DNA of 32,000 bases, from the NCBI RefSeq assembly GCF_000011805.1, contig NC_006840.2. The stretch is one strand, 5' to 3'. Positions 1-12,874 of the stretch are shown one piece after another. Both the position numbers and the translations under genes were made by a program. Below the pieces are notes generated by a model. The model saw only the letters and a list, made by a program, of their open reading frames with translations. It was not told where the DNA came from and made no database searches. This DNA comes from Aliivibrio fischeri ES114. Lineage in GTDB: Bacteria > Pseudomonadota > Gammaproteobacteria > Enterobacterales > Vibrionaceae. Numbering within the stretch: the stretch's first letter is position 1; the number at the start of each line of letters is the position of its first letter.

Positions 1-95
1 GCACGACCTGTACGAATTTTTAACAGGTTATTTTTCAGTGCTTCAACACTTTTTTCCATACGCTCTTGCGCATCTTTTTTAATTTCGTTAATCAC
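1..95 (-). CDS. frr: ribosome recycling factor, N-terminal fragment (runs off the window edge)
   Basis: Minus-strand reading from GTG at 95-93 gives (M)[30 protein letters not shown], a typical Frr N-terminus. An AAGGTGA Shine-Dalgarno lies 5 nt upstream. Position downstream of pyrH fits the conserved rpsB-tsf-pyrH-frr order. Confidence 0.8.
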   Translation of the reverse strand, partial: MINEIKKDAQERMEKSVEALKNNLLKIRTGR

Positions 96-130
96 AAGAT
101 CACCTTGATTATTTTTGATTCGTAGGAGAA

Positions 131-862
131 TTATTCAGCGTTGCTGATCAGTGTGCCTTCAGTTTCACCCATAACTACACGACGTAATGCACCAGGCTTG
201 TTCATGTTAAATACACGAATAGGCATGTTGTGGTCACGAGCAAGAGTAAACGCTGCTAAGTCCATCACTTTTAATTCTTTTTCAAGAACGCTGCTGTAAG
301 ACAGTTTATCATACAATTCTGCATCAGGGTTAGATACTGGATCAGCAGTAAATACACCATCTACTTTTGTTGCTTTTAAAACAACATCAGCTTCAATTTC
401 AATACCACGTAGACATGCAGCAGAGTCTGTTGTAAAGAATGGGTTACCTGTACCAGCAGAGAAAATAACCACACGGCCTTGACGTAATTGAGCGATAGCA
501 TCAGCCCAGTTGTAATCGTCACATACACCTTTAAGAGGGATAGCTGACATTACTCGAGCATTTACGTATGCACGGTGTAGTGCATCACGCATCGCTAAGC
601 CATTCATTACTGTCGCTAGCATACCCATGTGATCACCTACTACACGGTTCATGCCTGCTTCTGCAAGACCTGCACCACGGAAAAGGTTACCACCACCGAT
701 AACAACACCAACTTGAACACCAAGCTCGATCAGCTCTTTTACTTCTTGAGCCATACGATCAAGCGTTGCAGGGTCAATACCAAAACCCTCTTCGCCTTGA
801 AGTGCTTCACCACTAAGTTTTAATAGAATACGCTGATATACTGGTTTCGGGTTCGTCGTCAT
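131..862 (-). CDS. pyrH: UMP kinase
   Basis: 243-aa [26 protein letters not shown] and the rest are collinear with enterobacterial PyrH. Conserved neighbourhood. Confidence 0.95.
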   Translation of the reverse strand: MTTNPKPVYQRILLKLSGEALQGEEGFGIDPATLDRMAQEVKELIELGVQVGVVIGGGNLFRGAGLAEAGMNRVVGDHMGMLATVMNGLAMRDALHRAYVNARVMSAIPLKGVCDDYNWADAIAQLRQGRVVIFSAGTGNPFFTTDSAACLRGIEIEADVVLKATKVDGVFTADPVSNPDAELYDKLSYSSVLEKELKVMDLAAFTLARDHNMPIRVFNMNKPGALRRVVMGETEGTLISNAE

Positions 863-962
863 GGATTTTACCTTTTCACTAGAGTTGTCAAAATAACGGT
901 CACCATTTAGTACTGGATTATCCTCTATTGATAATTCAATAGTAAAAGGTAACAGCTATTCA

Positions 963-990
963 CAAAAAGACCGCAGCATAGCCACGGTCT
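963..990 (-). terminator. putative intrinsic terminator/attenuator after tsf
   Basis: AGACCG (968-973) pairs with CGGTCT (985-990) around an 11-nt loop. The A-run 964-968 becomes a T-run after the stem on the minus strand. Lies 25 nt downstream of the tsf stop. Confidence 0.5.
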
Positions 991-1014
991 CTTTCAGTTA
1001 CAATACAGAAGGAA

Positions 1015-1860
1015 TTAACCTTTTTGTACTGCAGCTACTTCATCAGCAAAGCTCATTTCTGCAGCTTTCTCGATACCTTCACCAACTTCTAGACGTACGA
1101 AGTTAGATACTGAAGCGCCTTTCTCTTTAAGAATTTCAGCAACAGTTTTCTTAGGTTCCATGATGAAAGCTTGACCTGTTAGAGAAACTTCGCCCGTGAA
1201 TTTCTTCATACGGCCGATAACCATTTTCTCAGCGATTTCTTGAGGTTTGCCTTCGTTCATAGCGATTTCAACTTGAACAGCTTTTTCTTTTTCTACTACG
1301 TCAGCAGGTACGTCAGATGGGTTAACGTACTCAGGCTTAGAAGCAGCAACGTGCATAGCGATGTGCTTAAGAGTTTCAGCATCGCCTTCACCAGCTACAA
1401 CAACACCGATTTTCTCGCCGTGACGGTAAGAAGCTAGTGCAGAACCAGCAACGTATTGTACGCGACGGATGTTGATGTTTTCACCGATTTTAGCTACTAG
1501 AGCAACACGAGTTTCTTCGAATTGTGCTTGAAGTTCTTCAACAGTTGCTTGAGTTGCAACAGCTGCAGCAACAACTTCTTCAGCAAATGCTGTGAAGTTA
1601 GAATCTTTAGCAACGAAATCAGTTTGACAGTTAACTTCAAGAAGAGCAGCAACGCCGTTTTCTTCTTTGATGATGATTGCGCCTTCAGCAGCAACGTTAC
1701 CTGCTTTTTTAGCAGCTTTAGCAGCGCCAGATTTACGCATGTTTTCGATCGCTAGTTCGATATCAGCGTTCGCTTCAACTAGCGCTTTTTTACATTCCAT
1801 CATGCCAGCGCCAGTGCGCTCACGAAGTTCTTTTACAAGAGCAGCAGTTACAGTTGCCAT
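1015..1860 (-). CDS. tsf: translation elongation factor Ts
   Basis: The ORF-track protein matches EF-Ts throughout ([29 protein letters not shown]...). I place the start at the MATV methionine (1860), not the MRM extension at 1866. Confidence 0.95.
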
Positions 1861-1889
1861 TCTCAATTCCTCAATTTAATTGGTGGAGT

Positions 1890-1917
1890 TAAAAATCAGG
1901 GGCCAAATTGGGCCCCT
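1890..1917 (-). terminator. rpsB-tsf intercistronic hairpin (partial terminator/attenuator)
   Basis: Perfect 8-bp GC-rich stem, CAGGGGCC (1896-1903) with GGCCCCTG (1910-1917), and a 6-nt loop. On the minus strand the stem is followed by ATTTTTAA. A partial terminator at this position is known for the E. coli rpsB-tsf operon. Confidence 0.6.
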
Positions 1918-1993
1918 GCTAACTATTTCAGTTTACTACGAAACGAAAAGACTCACTAGGAGCAAATAATAATTTCGACGAATCGAAAAAATA

Positions 1994-2722
1994 TTATTCA
2001 GCTTCTACGAAACCGTCTTTTTCAGCTACAGCTGCAACGTCTTGGTTACGACCAGACTTAACAGCGTCAGCAGCAGCGTTCAGGTAAAGTTGGATAGCGC
2101 GGATTGCGTCATCGTTACCTGGGATAATGTAGTCAACACCGTCTGGGTTTGAGTTAGTATCAACAACAGCAAATACTGGGATACCTAGGTTGTTTGCTTC
2201 TTTAATAGCGATGTGTTCGTGATCAGCATCGATAACAAATAACGCGTCTGGAAGACCGTTCATGTTTTTGATACCGCCTAGAGATTTCTCTAGTTTTTCC
2301 ATATCACGTGTACGCATTAGCGCTTCTTTCTTAGTTAGTTTCTCAAAAGTACCGTCTTGAGATTGAACTTCGAAGTCTTTTAGACGCTTGATAGATTGAC
2401 GAACAGTTTTGTAGTTAGTAAGCATGCCACCTAACCAACGGTTGTTCACGTAGAACTGGTCGCTGTTGATTGCAGCTTCTTTAACAGCTTCAGATGCAGC
2501 GCGCTTAGTACCAACGAAAAGTACTTTACCTTTTTTGCTACCGATTTTAGCAAGTTCTGCTAAAGCTTCGTTAAACATTGGTACAGTTTGCTCTAGGTTG
2601 ATGATATGAACTTTGTTACGAGCACCAAAGATGAATGGCTTCATTTTTGGGTTCCAGTAACGAGTTTGGTGACCGAAGTGAACACCAGCTTTAAGCATAT
2701 CGCGCATTGATACAGTTGCCAT
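1994..2722 (-). CDS. rpsB: 30S ribosomal protein S2
   Basis: 242-aa [30 protein letters not shown] is the canonical S2 N-terminus. Confidence 0.97.
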   Translation of the reverse strand: MATVSMRDMLKAGVHFGHQTRYWNPKMKPFIFGARNKVHIINLEQTVPMFNEALAELAKIGSKKGKVLFVGTKRAASEAVKEAAINSDQFYVNNRWLGGMLTNYKTVRQSIKRLKDFEVQSQDGTFEKLTKKEALMRTRDMEKLEKSLGGIKNMNGLPDALFVIDADHEHIAIKEANNLGIPVFAVVDTNSNPDGVDYIIPGNDDAIRAIQLYLNAAADAVKSGRNQDVAAVAEKDGFVEAE

Positions 2723-2860
2723 TTTGAGAATTCCTCTGTTAAATGGGGTTAAGCCTCCACATACCCCGCTAATAATCCGACTCTATTTTAAGATTAAACA
2801 ATCAAAAAAATGAGCACCCCGGACTGCGTGTCGGTATGTGTGTGATTTAAAATAAAAGTA
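2723..2860 (-). promoter_or_regulatory. structured rpsB 5' leader (candidate S2 autoregulatory leader)
   Basis: Long untranslated region upstream of rpsB. The minus-strand RNA has a GGGG(2767-2764)...CCCC(2748-2745) hairpin just upstream of the AGAGGAA Shine-Dalgarno, and a second GC-rich segment at 2816-2835. A conserved S2-binding leader is described in gammaproteobacteria. No covariance model was run. Confidence 0.4.
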
Positions 2861-3081
2861 TAGTTGGTATTGAGAACAACAAATTGTTCATCAATCCGGC
2901 GCGCTTTATACCATAAAAACGCTGTTAAAATCCACTATTTTTCTCTTATAACTCATTTTTAAGGGATCATTTTACTGATCTAGGTATTCCCATCACCTTA
3001 TAATTGAAAGATACAGGCCGCCTAGGTAAACTTAGATACATTATCGTTTAATACGATTTAATTTTAGATAGAGAAAAGCCC

Positions 3082-3909
3082 ATGTCAGTAAAGATTAAAA
3101 ACGCTGCAGAAATTGAAAAAATGCGCGTAGCCGGCCAATTAGCCGCTGAAGTACTTGAAATGATTGAACCTTATGTGAAAGCTGGGGTAACAACAGAAGA
3201 ACTTGATCAAATTTGCCATAAGCACATTACTGAAGTTCAAGGCGCAATCCCTGCTCCATTAAATTACCATGGTTTCCCTAAATCTATCTGTACATCAATT
3301 AACCATATTGTTTGTCATGGTATTCCTGCATCACAAGATGAGCAATACAATGGTTTTGTAAAACCTGCAGTATTAAAAGATGGTGACATCCTTAATATTG
3401 ATATCACAGTAATCAAAGACGGTTACCACGGTGATACTTCTAAGATGTTCTTAGTTGGTGATGTAAGCCCAACAGATAAACGTCTGTGTCTAATTGCACA
3501 AGAGAGTTTATATGTTGGTATGCGTAAAGTTAAACCGGGTGTAAAACTGGGTGAAATTGGTACTGCTATTCAAAAATACATCAAAGGTACAACACCAAAA
3601 TGTTCTATCGTACGTGATTACTGTGGGCATGGTATTGGTTCTGAATTCCATGAAGAACCACAAGTTGTTCATTACAAAAACAGCGATCGTACTGTATTAA
3701 AAGCAGGCATGACATTTACTATTGAACCAATGATCAATTTAGGTAAATTCGGTTGTCTTCAAGACGACAACGATGGTTGGACAGTATACACAGGCGACGG
3801 TAAAAATACCGCTCAATGGGAACACACTATTTTAGTAACCGAAACGGGTTGTGAAGTGTTAACTTTACGTGCTGAAGAAACCATTCCTCGCCACATGAAC
3901 AACAAATAA
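3082..3909 (+). CDS. map: methionine aminopeptidase type I
   Basis: 275-aa ORF collinear with E. coli Map (EIEKMRVAG, CHGIP, DITVIKDGYHGDTSKMF, YCGHGIG, FTIEPM, QWEHT motifs). Divergent from rpsB as in enterics. Confidence 0.95.
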   Translation: MSVKIKNAAEIEKMRVAGQLAAEVLEMIEPYVKAGVTTEELDQICHKHITEVQGAIPAPLNYHGFPKSICTSINHIVCHGIPASQDEQYNGFVKPAVLKDGDILNIDITVIKDGYHGDTSKMFLVGDVSPTDKRLCLIAQESLYVGMRKVKPGVKLGEIGTAIQKYIKGTTPKCSIVRDYCGHGIGSEFHEEPQVVHYKNSDRTVLKAGMTFTIEPMINLGKFGCLQDDNDGWTVYTGDGKNTAQWEHTILVTETGCEVLTLRAEETIPRHMNNK

Positions 3910-3922
3910 CAAATCGCAAATA

Positions 3923-3951
3923 AACAGAAGGCTTCGGTCTTCTGTTTTTTT
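3923..3951 (+). terminator. intrinsic terminator after map
   Basis: Stem ACAGAAGGC / GTCTTCTGT around a TTCG tetraloop, followed by T7 (3945-3951). Confidence 0.7.
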
Positions 3952-3967
3952 ATCAGCAAGGATTGCT

Positions 3968-6589
3968 ATGAAATATCTATCCCCCCTATCCTTATCCGAT
4001 ACTCAGCTTAATATTACCGAACTAAAGCAACAACTTACTCTTTTCTCCCAATACCAAATTAACGCTTTTCATCAGCACAAAGCCGTTTCAGATTTAGTAC
4101 TTGAACGATCTCACTATTTTGATCAATTACTCTCTCGACTGTGGCAATTCTTTAAATTTGATGACATCGCAAATACATCCCTGATCGCCGTCGGTGGTTA
4201 TGGTCGGAGTGAACTTCATCCTCTTTCAGATATTGATATTCTGATTTTAACTGAGAACAATACCAATGATGCATTTTGCCAAAAAGTAGGAGAGTTAGTC
4301 ACTCTACTTTGGGACTTAAAATTAGAAGTTGGCCATAGCGTTCGTTCAATAGCAGAGTGCATAGAAATAGGTCAGAATGATTTAACTGTAGCGACTAACT
4401 TACAAGAAGCTCGCTACATCAGTGGTAATAAAGAACTGTCCCACCAACTAAAATTAAAAATACATTCGGACAGTTTCTGGCCAAGTGAGTTGTTTTATCA
4501 AGCTAAAATAGACGAACAGAAAAAACGTCACAGCCGTTACCATGACACTACATACAACTTAGAACCTGACATAAAATCAAGTCCAGGTGGGTTGAGAGAC
4601 ATTCATACCCTAAGTTGGATTGCTCGACGCCACTTTGGAGCAACGTCTCTACTTGAGATGAGTCAGGCCGGTTTCTTAACCGATGCGGAATATCGCGAAT
4701 TATTAGAATGCCAAGAGTTCTTATGGCGTGTTCGCTTTGCTCTGCATATTGAACTGAAGCGATACGACAATCGACTCACCTTTGGTCACCAAGCTTCCGT
4801 TGCTGAGCATTTAGGTTTTATTGGTGAAGGAAATCGCGGTGTAGAGCGTATGATGAAAGAGTTCTATCGAACTTTACGTCGTGTTGCTGAGCTAAATAGC
4901 ATGTTGCTCAAAATTTTTGACCAAGCAATCCTTCATCAAGGTGAGCAAGACGATGCCATTATCATCGATGATGATTTCCAACGCCGTGGACGATTAATTG
5001 AAGCTCGAAAGCCTGCTCTATTTCAAGCTCGTCCAGACACCATATTAGACATGTTTTTATTAATGGCGAACGACTCAACCATTGACGGAGTTGCTCCTCC
5101 TACCATGCGTCAATTACGAACCGCTCGACGTCGCCTTAATCGTTTTTTATGTGAAATACCTGAAGCCAAAGAAAAATTTCTACAATTAACTCAGCATCCA
5201 AATGCATTAAACAATGCCTTTAGTTCCATGCATAAATTAGGGGTTCTTTCTGCTTACTTACCTCAATGGAGCCATATTGTAGGACAAATGCAATTTGATT
5301 TATTTCATGCTTATACGGTTGATGAGCACAGCATTCGTCTGCTTAAGCATATTAATAAATTTTCGGATACTACAAACCGAGATAAACACCCTATCTGTTG
5401 TGAAATCTTCCCTAAAATAATGAAAAAAGAGTTACTTATCATAGCTGCCATTTTTCATGATATAGCAAAAGGCCGCGGGGGCGATCACTCTGAATTAGGT
5501 GCCGTAGATGCCTATGATTTTTGTATTAGTCACGGACTATCAAAACCGGAAGCCAATTTAGTTTCTTGGCTCGTAAAAAGCCACCTACTCATGTCTGTTA
5601 CAGCACAACGTCGTGATATTTACGATCCCGATGTGATTACTGAGTTCGCCAAACAAGTTAGGGATGAAGAACGTTTAGATTACTTAGTGTGTTTAACTGT
5701 TGCAGATATCTGTGCGACTAATCCGGATTTATGGAACAGTTGGAAACGCTCACTTATCGCGGATTTATATAATGCCACCCAACGAGCACTGAGAAGAGGT
5801 TTAGAGAACCCGCCAGACTTACGAGATCGTATTCGCCACAATCAACAAATGGCTTCAGCACAGCTTCGTAGTGAAGGCTTCACACAGTGGGAAGTCGATG
5901 CTCTATGGCGTCGATTTAAAGCGGATTATTTCTTACGTCATACTCATAAACAAATTGCATGGCATGCTAGCCATCTTCTTCGTCATCAAGATAAAGAAAA
6001 ATCATTAATACTCATCAGTAAAAACGCTTCTCGTGGAGGAACTGAAATTTTTGTTTACAGTAAAGATCAACCACACCTTTTTGCTACTGTAGCAGCAGAG
6101 TTGGATAGACGTAGTATCACTATTTATGATGCTCAAGTTATGTCCAGCAAAGATGGGTATGCGCTCGATACCTTTATGGTTCTTGACCAAAATGATGACC
6201 CTATTGATGAAGAACGACAACAAAGATTAATTGATCAACTTTACGACGTTAAACTAAATGACCAAGCAACGCACATTAAAACCCGTCGACCGCCACGCCA
6301 GCTTCAACATTTTAATGTGAAAACTCGCATGGAGTTTTTACCAACTAAAACAGGGAAAAGGACATTAATGGAGTTTGTTGCATTAGATACTCCAGGGTTA
6401 TTAGCGACGGTTGGTGCCACATTTGCTCAATTAGGGATCAATTTACATGCCGCAAAGATCACCACAATTGGTGAGCGAGCTGAGGATTTATTCATCCTAA
6501 CATCTGACGTTGGTGGTCGACTTGACGACGAAAAACAAGCAGAGCTTGAATTAGCCTTAGTTAAAAATGTAGCGAGATTAAGCTCATAA
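3968..6589 (+). CDS. glnD: bifunctional [protein-PII] uridylyltransferase / uridylyl-removing enzyme
   Basis: 873-aa ORF with a nucleotidyltransferase motif (GGYGRSELHPLSDIDILIL), an HD domain (FHDIAKGRGGDHSELG) and two C-terminal ACT-like segments. Follows map as in enterics. Confidence 0.95.
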   Translation: MKYLSPLSLSDTQLNITELKQQLTLFSQYQINAFHQHKAVSDLVLERSHYFDQLLSRLWQFFKFDDIANTSLIAVGGYGRSELHPLSDIDILILTENNTNDAFCQKVGELVTLLWDLKLEVGHSVRSIAECIEIGQNDLTVATNLQEARYISGNKELSHQLKLKIHSDSFWPSELFYQAKIDEQKKRHSRYHDTTYNLEPDIKSSPGGLRDIHTLSWIARRHFGATSLLEMSQAGFLTDAEYRELLECQEFLWRVRFALHIELKRYDNRLTFGHQASVAEHLGFIGEGNRGVERMMKEFYRTLRRVAELNSMLLKIFDQAILHQGEQDDAIIIDDDFQRRGRLIEARKPALFQARPDTILDMFLLMANDSTIDGVAPPTMRQLRTARRRLNRFLCEIPEAKEKFLQLTQHPNALNNAFSSMHKLGVLSAYLPQWSHIVGQMQFDLFHAYTVDEHSIRLLKHINKFSDTTNRDKHPICCEIFPKIMKKELLIIAAIFHDIAKGRGGDHSELGAVDAYDFCISHGLSKPEANLVSWLVKSHLLMSVTAQRRDIYDPDVITEFAKQVRDEERLDYLVCLTVADICATNPDLWNSWKRSLIADLYNATQRALRRGLENPPDLRDRIRHNQQMASAQLRSEGFTQWEVDALWRRFKADYFLRHTHKQIAWHASHLLRHQDKEKSLILISKNASRGGTEIFVYSKDQPHLFATVAAELDRRSITIYDAQVMSSKDGYALDTFMVLDQNDDPIDEERQQRLIDQLYDVKLNDQATHIKTRRPPRQLQHFNVKTRMEFLPTKTGKRTLMEFVALDTPGLLATVGATFAQLGINLHAAKITTIGERAEDLFILTSDVGGRLDDEKQAELELALVKNVARLSS

Positions 6590-6728
6590 TACGAATAACT
6601 AAAAACAATAAGTGGGATGGATAAGATCTATCCCACAACTTTCATTCACAGCAGTTGTTATATCGACTCTCATCGTTAATGCTCATTTAGAGGAATCTGA
6701 TAACTATATAATAATATTGGAGTAAGCC

Positions 6729-7109
6729 ATGTACCCACACCTTGTTAGCCTTGGAATTTCAGAACCAGAAAAAATTGAACGTTATTCTCTACGACAAGAA
6801 GCCCATAAAGACATATTGAAGATCTATTTTTCTAAGCAGAAAGGTGAACTCTTCGCTAAAAGCGTAAAATTCAAGTACCCTCGCCAAGTTAAAAATGTGC
6901 TTGTAGATAGCGGTAGCCATCGTTATAAAGAAACAACTGAAATCAATCGAAATTTAACGCTTATCATTGATGAATTAAACAAAATTACTCGCCCAGAAAA
7001 AGAGACTCCAACCGACGTGAAGAAGAAAATTCTAAAAGATTTAAGACATTTAGAAAAAGTGGTAGCGAGCAAAATAGAAGAAATAGAAAAAGATTTAGAG
7101 AAACTTTAA
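6729..7109 (+). CDS. yaeH: UPF0325 family protein (YaeH-like)
   Basis: The 126-aa ORF is collinear with my recollection of E. coli YaeH ([37 protein letters not shown] ... DLRHLE.VV..KI.EIE.DLEKL). Confidence 0.8.
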   Translation: MYPHLVSLGISEPEKIERYSLRQEAHKDILKIYFSKQKGELFAKSVKFKYPRQVKNVLVDSGSHRYKETTEINRNLTLIIDELNKITRPEKETPTDVKKKILKDLRHLEKVVASKIEEIEKDLEKL

Positions 7110-7124
7110 AGCTTTTAGTAGACA

Positions 7125-7155
7125 TAAAAAATGGACCATAATGGTCCATTTTTTA
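7125..7155. terminator. bidirectional intrinsic terminator between yaeH (+) and secF (-)
   Basis: ATGGACCA (7131-7138) pairs with TGGTCCAT (7142-7149), flanked by an A-run upstream and a T-run downstream. Confidence 0.75.
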
Positions 7156-7177
7156 TTATATAGTTAACAAAATACCG

Positions 7178-8128
7178 TTAAGGCATCTGTTCAAACTCTT
7201 CTTCGCCTTCTTTATCAATAGGTGTTGGCATTAAGTGCTCACGAGTAATACCTAATTTCAGAGCCAATGCTGATGCTACATAGATAGAAGAATACGTACC
7301 GATAGTGATACCTAACAGCAATGCAAGAGCAAAGCCATGGATCATCGCACCGCCTTGAGTGAACAATGCGATAACTACAAATAGCGTCGTTGCAGATGTA
7401 ATTAATGTACGACTTAATGTTTGCGTAATCGCATCATTAATAATGTCGTTAGAATCACCCTTACGCATTTTCAAGAAGTTTTCACGAATACGGTCAAATA
7501 CAACAATGGTATCATTCAAAGAATAACCCACCACCGTTAGTAGTGCTGCAATAATCGTTAAATCGACTTCAATTTGTAAGAAAGAGAAAATACCTAACGT
7601 AATAATGATATCGTGCGCCAAAGCGAGTACCGCACCAGCAGCTAAACGCCATTGGAAACGCATCGAAACATAAGCCAAGATACATAACAAAGAAACTAAG
7701 ATAGCTAAACCACCCGCTTCAGTAAGTTCGTCACCCACATTTGGACCAACGAACTCAATACGACGCATCTCTACTTGCTCACCAGTACCTTCTTTAATTG
7801 CACTGATGATTTGGTTGCCTAACTCTTCACCTTTTACGTTTTCACGAGGTTGTAGACGAACAATAACATCACGTGCTGTACCAAAGTTTTGAACCGTAGC
7901 ATCACCAAAACCTTTCGCTTCTAATGCACTACGGATATCTGGTAATTGTGCAGGCTGTTCAAAACCAACTTCAATCAGTGTGCCACCCGTGAAGTCTAAG
8001 CCCCAGTTTAACCACTTTGTTGATAATGTAGCTATAGAAGCAATAATCATCAACATTGAGAAAAGGAAGGCAGCTTTAGACCAACGCATGAAGTCGATCG
8101 TTTTCTCTGCTTTCATTAATTGAAACAT
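7178..8128 (-). CDS. secF: protein translocase subunit SecF
   Basis: 316-aa polytopic membrane ORF with FMRW...NWGLDFTGGT and DTIVVFDRIRE motifs. Directly downstream of secD. Confidence 0.95.
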   Translation of the reverse strand: MFQLMKAEKTIDFMRWSKAAFLFSMLMIIASIATLSTKWLNWGLDFTGGTLIEVGFEQPAQLPDIRSALEAKGFGDATVQNFGTARDVIVRLQPRENVKGEELGNQIISAIKEGTGEQVEMRRIEFVGPNVGDELTEAGGLAILVSLLCILAYVSMRFQWRLAAGAVLALAHDIIITLGIFSFLQIEVDLTIIAALLTVVGYSLNDTIVVFDRIRENFLKMRKGDSNDIINDAITQTLSRTLITSATTLFVVIALFTQGGAMIHGFALALLLGITIGTYSSIYVASALALKLGITREHLMPTPIDKEGEEEFEQMP

Positions 8129-8140
8129 AATAATGAGTCC

Positions 8141-9997
8141 TTAGATCGACAGCTTGTCTACGCGCTTACCGCCGTAAACTAAGTTAATCACACAACGAGT
8201 ACCAACAATCGCAGTAAACATTGATGTTAAAATACCGATAGATAACGTAACAGCGAAACCTTTAATTGCGCCAGTACCAACAGCAAACAAGATAATCGCT
8301 GTAATTAGCGTTGTGATGTTCGCATCGGCAATGGTACTAAAGGCATTCGCATAACCTTGGTGAATTGCTTGTTGTGGATTACGTCCATCACGCAACTCTT
8401 CTCGAATACGCTCGAAAATAAGTACGTTAGCATCGACCGCCATACCAACCGTTAATACGATACCGGCAATACCTGGAAGCGTCATTGTTGCTCCTGGGAT
8501 CATCGACATAACACCAATGATTAATACCAAGTTTGCCATTAAGGCTAAGTTTGCAACAAGACCAAAACCACGGTAATAAACCAGTGTAAAGATCATTACA
8601 GCAACCATACCCCAAATACACGCCTGAATACCCATATCGATATTCTGCTGACCCATTGATGGACCAATCGTACGTTCTTCAACAATCGAGATAGGCGCAA
8701 TTAGAGCACCAGCACGAAGTAGAAGTGCTAGGTTATGAGCTTCAGCTTGAGAGTCGATACCAGTAATACGGAAACTACGACCAAGAGCCGATTGAATCGT
8801 TGCTTGGTTAATCACTTCTTCCGTCTTAGAAAGAATAACGCGACCTTCAGGTGTACGACGACCACTGTCTTTATATTCTGTAAATACCGTTGCCATTAGC
8901 TTACCGATATTTTTACGAGAGAACGCAGTCATCTTGCTACCACCTTCACTATCTAGTGAGATGTTTACTTGAGGACGACCATATTCATCAGCACTTGAAC
9001 TTGCATCTGTAATGCTTGCACCGCCAAGAATAATGCGTTTTTTAAGAACAACAGGACGACCATTACGATCTTCTTTGATTTCGCTACCCGCAGGTGCTCG
9101 TCCGCTTGCTGCTGCAGCCAAATCCGCTTTATCATCAACTTCACGGAACTCAAGTGTCGCTGTTGCACCTAGAATTTCTTTAGCACGCGCAGTATCTTGA
9201 ACACCTGGTAGCTCAACAACAATACGGCTTGCACCTTGACGTTGAACTAATGGTTCTGCAACACCTAATTCATTAACACGATTACGAATGATCGTGATGT
9301 TTTGCTCAACTGCGTAATTACGAATTTCTTGTAAGCGTTGTTCAGTAAACGTTGCAATTAACTTAAATTGACCGTTTGACTCTGATTCAACAAATGTCAT
9401 ATCACGGTGAGCATCAGATAACACTTTTTTCGCTTCAGCTAATTGCTCTTCATTACGAAGAACCACTTCTACAGAATCTTTACCTGAGTCACGAATTGCA
9501 CGGTAACGGATCTTAGCTTCACGTAAATCAGTACGGAATGATTCTTCTTGTTGACCAATCAACTTACTCATTGCCGCATCCATATCCACTTCCATTAAGA
9601 AGTGAACACCACCACGTAAATCAAGACCTAATTTCATTGGCGCAGCACCAATAGAAGTTAGCCAATCAGGAGTTAATGGTGCAAGATTTAATGCAACAAC
9701 GTAATCTTTACCTAAAGATTCATTAATAATATCACGAGCACTGATTTGAGCATCAGTATCGTTAAAACGAACAAGAACGGAGCCATTTTCAAATGCAATT
9801 GACTTGTAAGCGATGTCATTGTTCTTTAAATTTTCAGCGACAACATCCAGCGTAGAGGCTTGAACCTCTGTACCACGGCTACCCGTGATTTGAACTGCTG
9901 GATCTTCACCATAGAGGTTTGGAAGTGCATAGAGAGCTGAGATTAGTAGTACAGAAACTACCATCAAATACTTCCATAAAGGGAAACGGTTTAACAC
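8141..9997 (-). CDS. secD: protein translocase subunit SecD
   Basis: 618-aa [14 protein letters not shown]-terminus, large periplasmic domain, C-terminal RND-like TM bundle ([13 protein letters not shown]). Confidence 0.95.
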   Translation of the reverse strand: MLNRFPLWKYLMVVSVLLISALYALPNLYGEDPAVQITGSRGTEVQASTLDVVAENLKNNDIAYKSIAFENGSVLVRFNDTDAQISARDIINESLGKDYVVALNLAPLTPDWLTSIGAAPMKLGLDLRGGVHFLMEVDMDAAMSKLIGQQEESFRTDLREAKIRYRAIRDSGKDSVEVVLRNEEQLAEAKKVLSDAHRDMTFVESESNGQFKLIATFTEQRLQEIRNYAVEQNITIIRNRVNELGVAEPLVQRQGASRIVVELPGVQDTARAKEILGATATLEFREVDDKADLAAAASGRAPAGSEIKEDRNGRPVVLKKRIILGGASITDASSSADEYGRPQVNISLDSEGGSKMTAFSRKNIGKLMATVFTEYKDSGRRTPEGRVILSKTEEVINQATIQSALGRSFRITGIDSQAEAHNLALLLRAGALIAPISIVEERTIGPSMGQQNIDMGIQACIWGMVAVMIFTLVYYRGFGLVANLALMANLVLIIGVMSMIPGATMTLPGIAGIVLTVGMAVDANVLIFERIREELRDGRNPQQAIHQGYANAFSTIADANITTLITAIILFAVGTGAIKGFAVTLSIGILTSMFTAIVGTRCVINLVYGGKRVDKLSI

Positions 9998-10050
9998 AGC
10001 GATGTCCTTAACGAAAAATACCCCCTAACCGAAGTTAGAGGGTACAATTT

Positions 10051-10386
10051 TTATAGTGATTTCAGAGTGCCCTTTGGCAGAACAGCTGAAACAAAATCTT
10101 TCTTAATTGTTACTTCGTTGTTTGCGTTAAGCTCAATTACGATGTAATCATTTTCTTCAGATACTTTAGTGATTTTACCTACTAAGCCACCTGCAGTAAG
10201 AACTTCATCACCTTTGCTCATAGAAGCCATTAGGTTTTTGTGCTCTTTTTGACGTTTCGCTTGTGGGCGGTAGATCATAAAGTAGAAGATAACAGCAAAC
10301 ATACCAAGCATGATAAACATTTGCATACCACCGCCTTGTGGCGCTGCTTCACCAGCTGCGTGAGCTTGAGAGATGAAAAAACTCAT
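10051..10386 (-). CDS. yajC: preprotein translocase accessory subunit YajC
   Basis: 111-aa ORF with a single TM (FIMLGMFAVIFYFMIYRPQAKRQKEH). Conserved position between tgt and secD. Confidence 0.9.
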   Translation of the reverse strand: MSFFISQAHAAGEAAPQGGGMQMFIMLGMFAVIFYFMIYRPQAKRQKEHKNLMASMSKGDEVLTAGGLVGKITKVSEENDYIVIELNANNEVTIKKDFVSAVLPKGTLKSL

Positions 10387-10480
10387 TTAATAACGTCCTC
10401 GTATCTAAGTTTCTAATTTCCAGTTTCTAAAATGTGACCATACACATATCTCATTAGATATATGGGTGATTACTCTGCTT

Positions 10481-11656
<1,176 letters not shown>

Positions 11657-11821
11657 CTACATTAATAACTACAAGTTAATGCGGCACCTCCATGTAAACT
11701 GATAAAGCAGTTAACATGGTCGAAAACGTCCTGTTTTCCTAAATATTTCACTGGCTCCGTGAGTGAAATGAATAATTATTTACCAGCCATAATAAACTAA
11801 CCGTGGCTAAAACAAGAATAA

Positions 11822-12874
11822 CTAGGCTGTTTTTTTCGTGATGAACATTGCATCACCGTAACTAAAGAAACGATATTTATTATTTACCGCTTGCTCATAC
11901 GCTTTCATTGTATTCTCGTAGCCTGCAAATGCACTTACTAGCATGATAAGTGTAGACTCAGGTAAGTGGAAGTTTGTCACCAAAGCGTCAACCACTTGAA
12001 ATTCGTAACCTGGGTAGATGAAAATTTCAGTATCATCAAAAAACGGCGCTAACTCTGTACCTTGTTTTAAGGCATGCTGCGCAGCACTTTCTAAAGAACG
12101 TACTGATGTAGTACCCACAGAAACTACTCGGCCACCACGCGCTTTTGTTGCGTTGATAGCATCGATAACTTCTTGGGAAACTTCTGCGTATTCAGAGTGC
12201 ATGTGGTGCTCTAAAATATTGTCCACACGAACGGGCTGGAATGTACCAGCACCAACATGAAGGGTTACGTAGGCAAATTCTACCCCTTTTGCCTTCATTT
12301 TCTCTAAAATCTCTGTATCAAAGTGTAAACCAGCGGTTGGAGCTGCTACAGCACCAGGCTTTTTGTTATAAACCGTTTGGTAGCGTTCTTTATCCGCATC
12401 TTCATCTGGACGATCGATATAAGGAGGAAGTGGCATGTGGCCAATTTCATCTAAAATATCTAAGACTTTCTTATCTGAAGTAAAACGAATCTCAAACAAG
12501 GTATCGTGACGAGCAACCATTTCAGCTTCATGTTCTTGGTTTTCACCCAATAAAAGCATGGTGCCTGGTTTTGGCGATTTAGAACAACGTACATGAGCCA
12601 AAACTGAATGTTCATCAAGAACACGTTCAACCAATACTTCTAATTTACCACCAGAAGCCTTCATACCGAACATACGAGCAGGGATCACTCGAGTATTGTT
12701 GAATACCAATAAATCACCAGCCTGAACTAAATCAAGAATATCAGTAAACTGCCCATCATTAAGTTCGCCACTATTGCCATTCAATTGTAATAGTCGGCTT
12801 GCTGTACGCTCAGGTTGCGGATAACGCGCAATAAGTTCATCAGGTAATTCAAAATGGAAATCGGATACTTGCAT
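11822..12874 (-). CDS. queA: tRNA preQ1(34) S-adenosylmethionine ribosyltransferase-isomerase
   Basis: 350-aa [22 protein letters not shown] is the canonical QueA N-terminus. Upstream of tgt as in the E. coli queA-tgt-yajC-secDF operon. Confidence 0.95.
   Translation of the reverse strand: MQVSDFHFELPDELIARYPQPERTASRLLQLNGNSGELNDGQFTDILDLVQAGDLLVFNNTRVIPARMFGMKASGGKLEVLVERVLDEHSVLAHVRCSKSPKPGTMLLLGENQEHEAEMVARHDTLFEIRFTSDKKVLDILDEIGHMPLPPYIDRPDEDADKERYQTVYNKKPGAVAAPTAGLHFDTEILEKMKAKGVEFAYVTLHVGAGTFQPVRVDNILEHHMHSEYAEVSQEVIDAINATKARGGRVVSVGTTSVRSLESAAQHALKQGTELAPFFDDTEIFIYPGYEFQVVDALVTNFHLPESTLIMLVSAFAGYENTMKAYEQAVNNKYRFFSYGDAMFITKKTA

Noticed and set aside
1240-1879. Four ORF-track ORFs (65-77 aa) inside or antisense to tsf (1240-1437 +, 1497-1694 -, 1522-1755 +, 1667-1879 +)
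   Set aside because: All are fully embedded in the well-supported EF-Ts CDS. They have low-complexity K/L/S/F-rich translations and no Shine-Dalgarno. This is typical shadow-ORF behaviour for an AT-rich, highly codon-biased gene.
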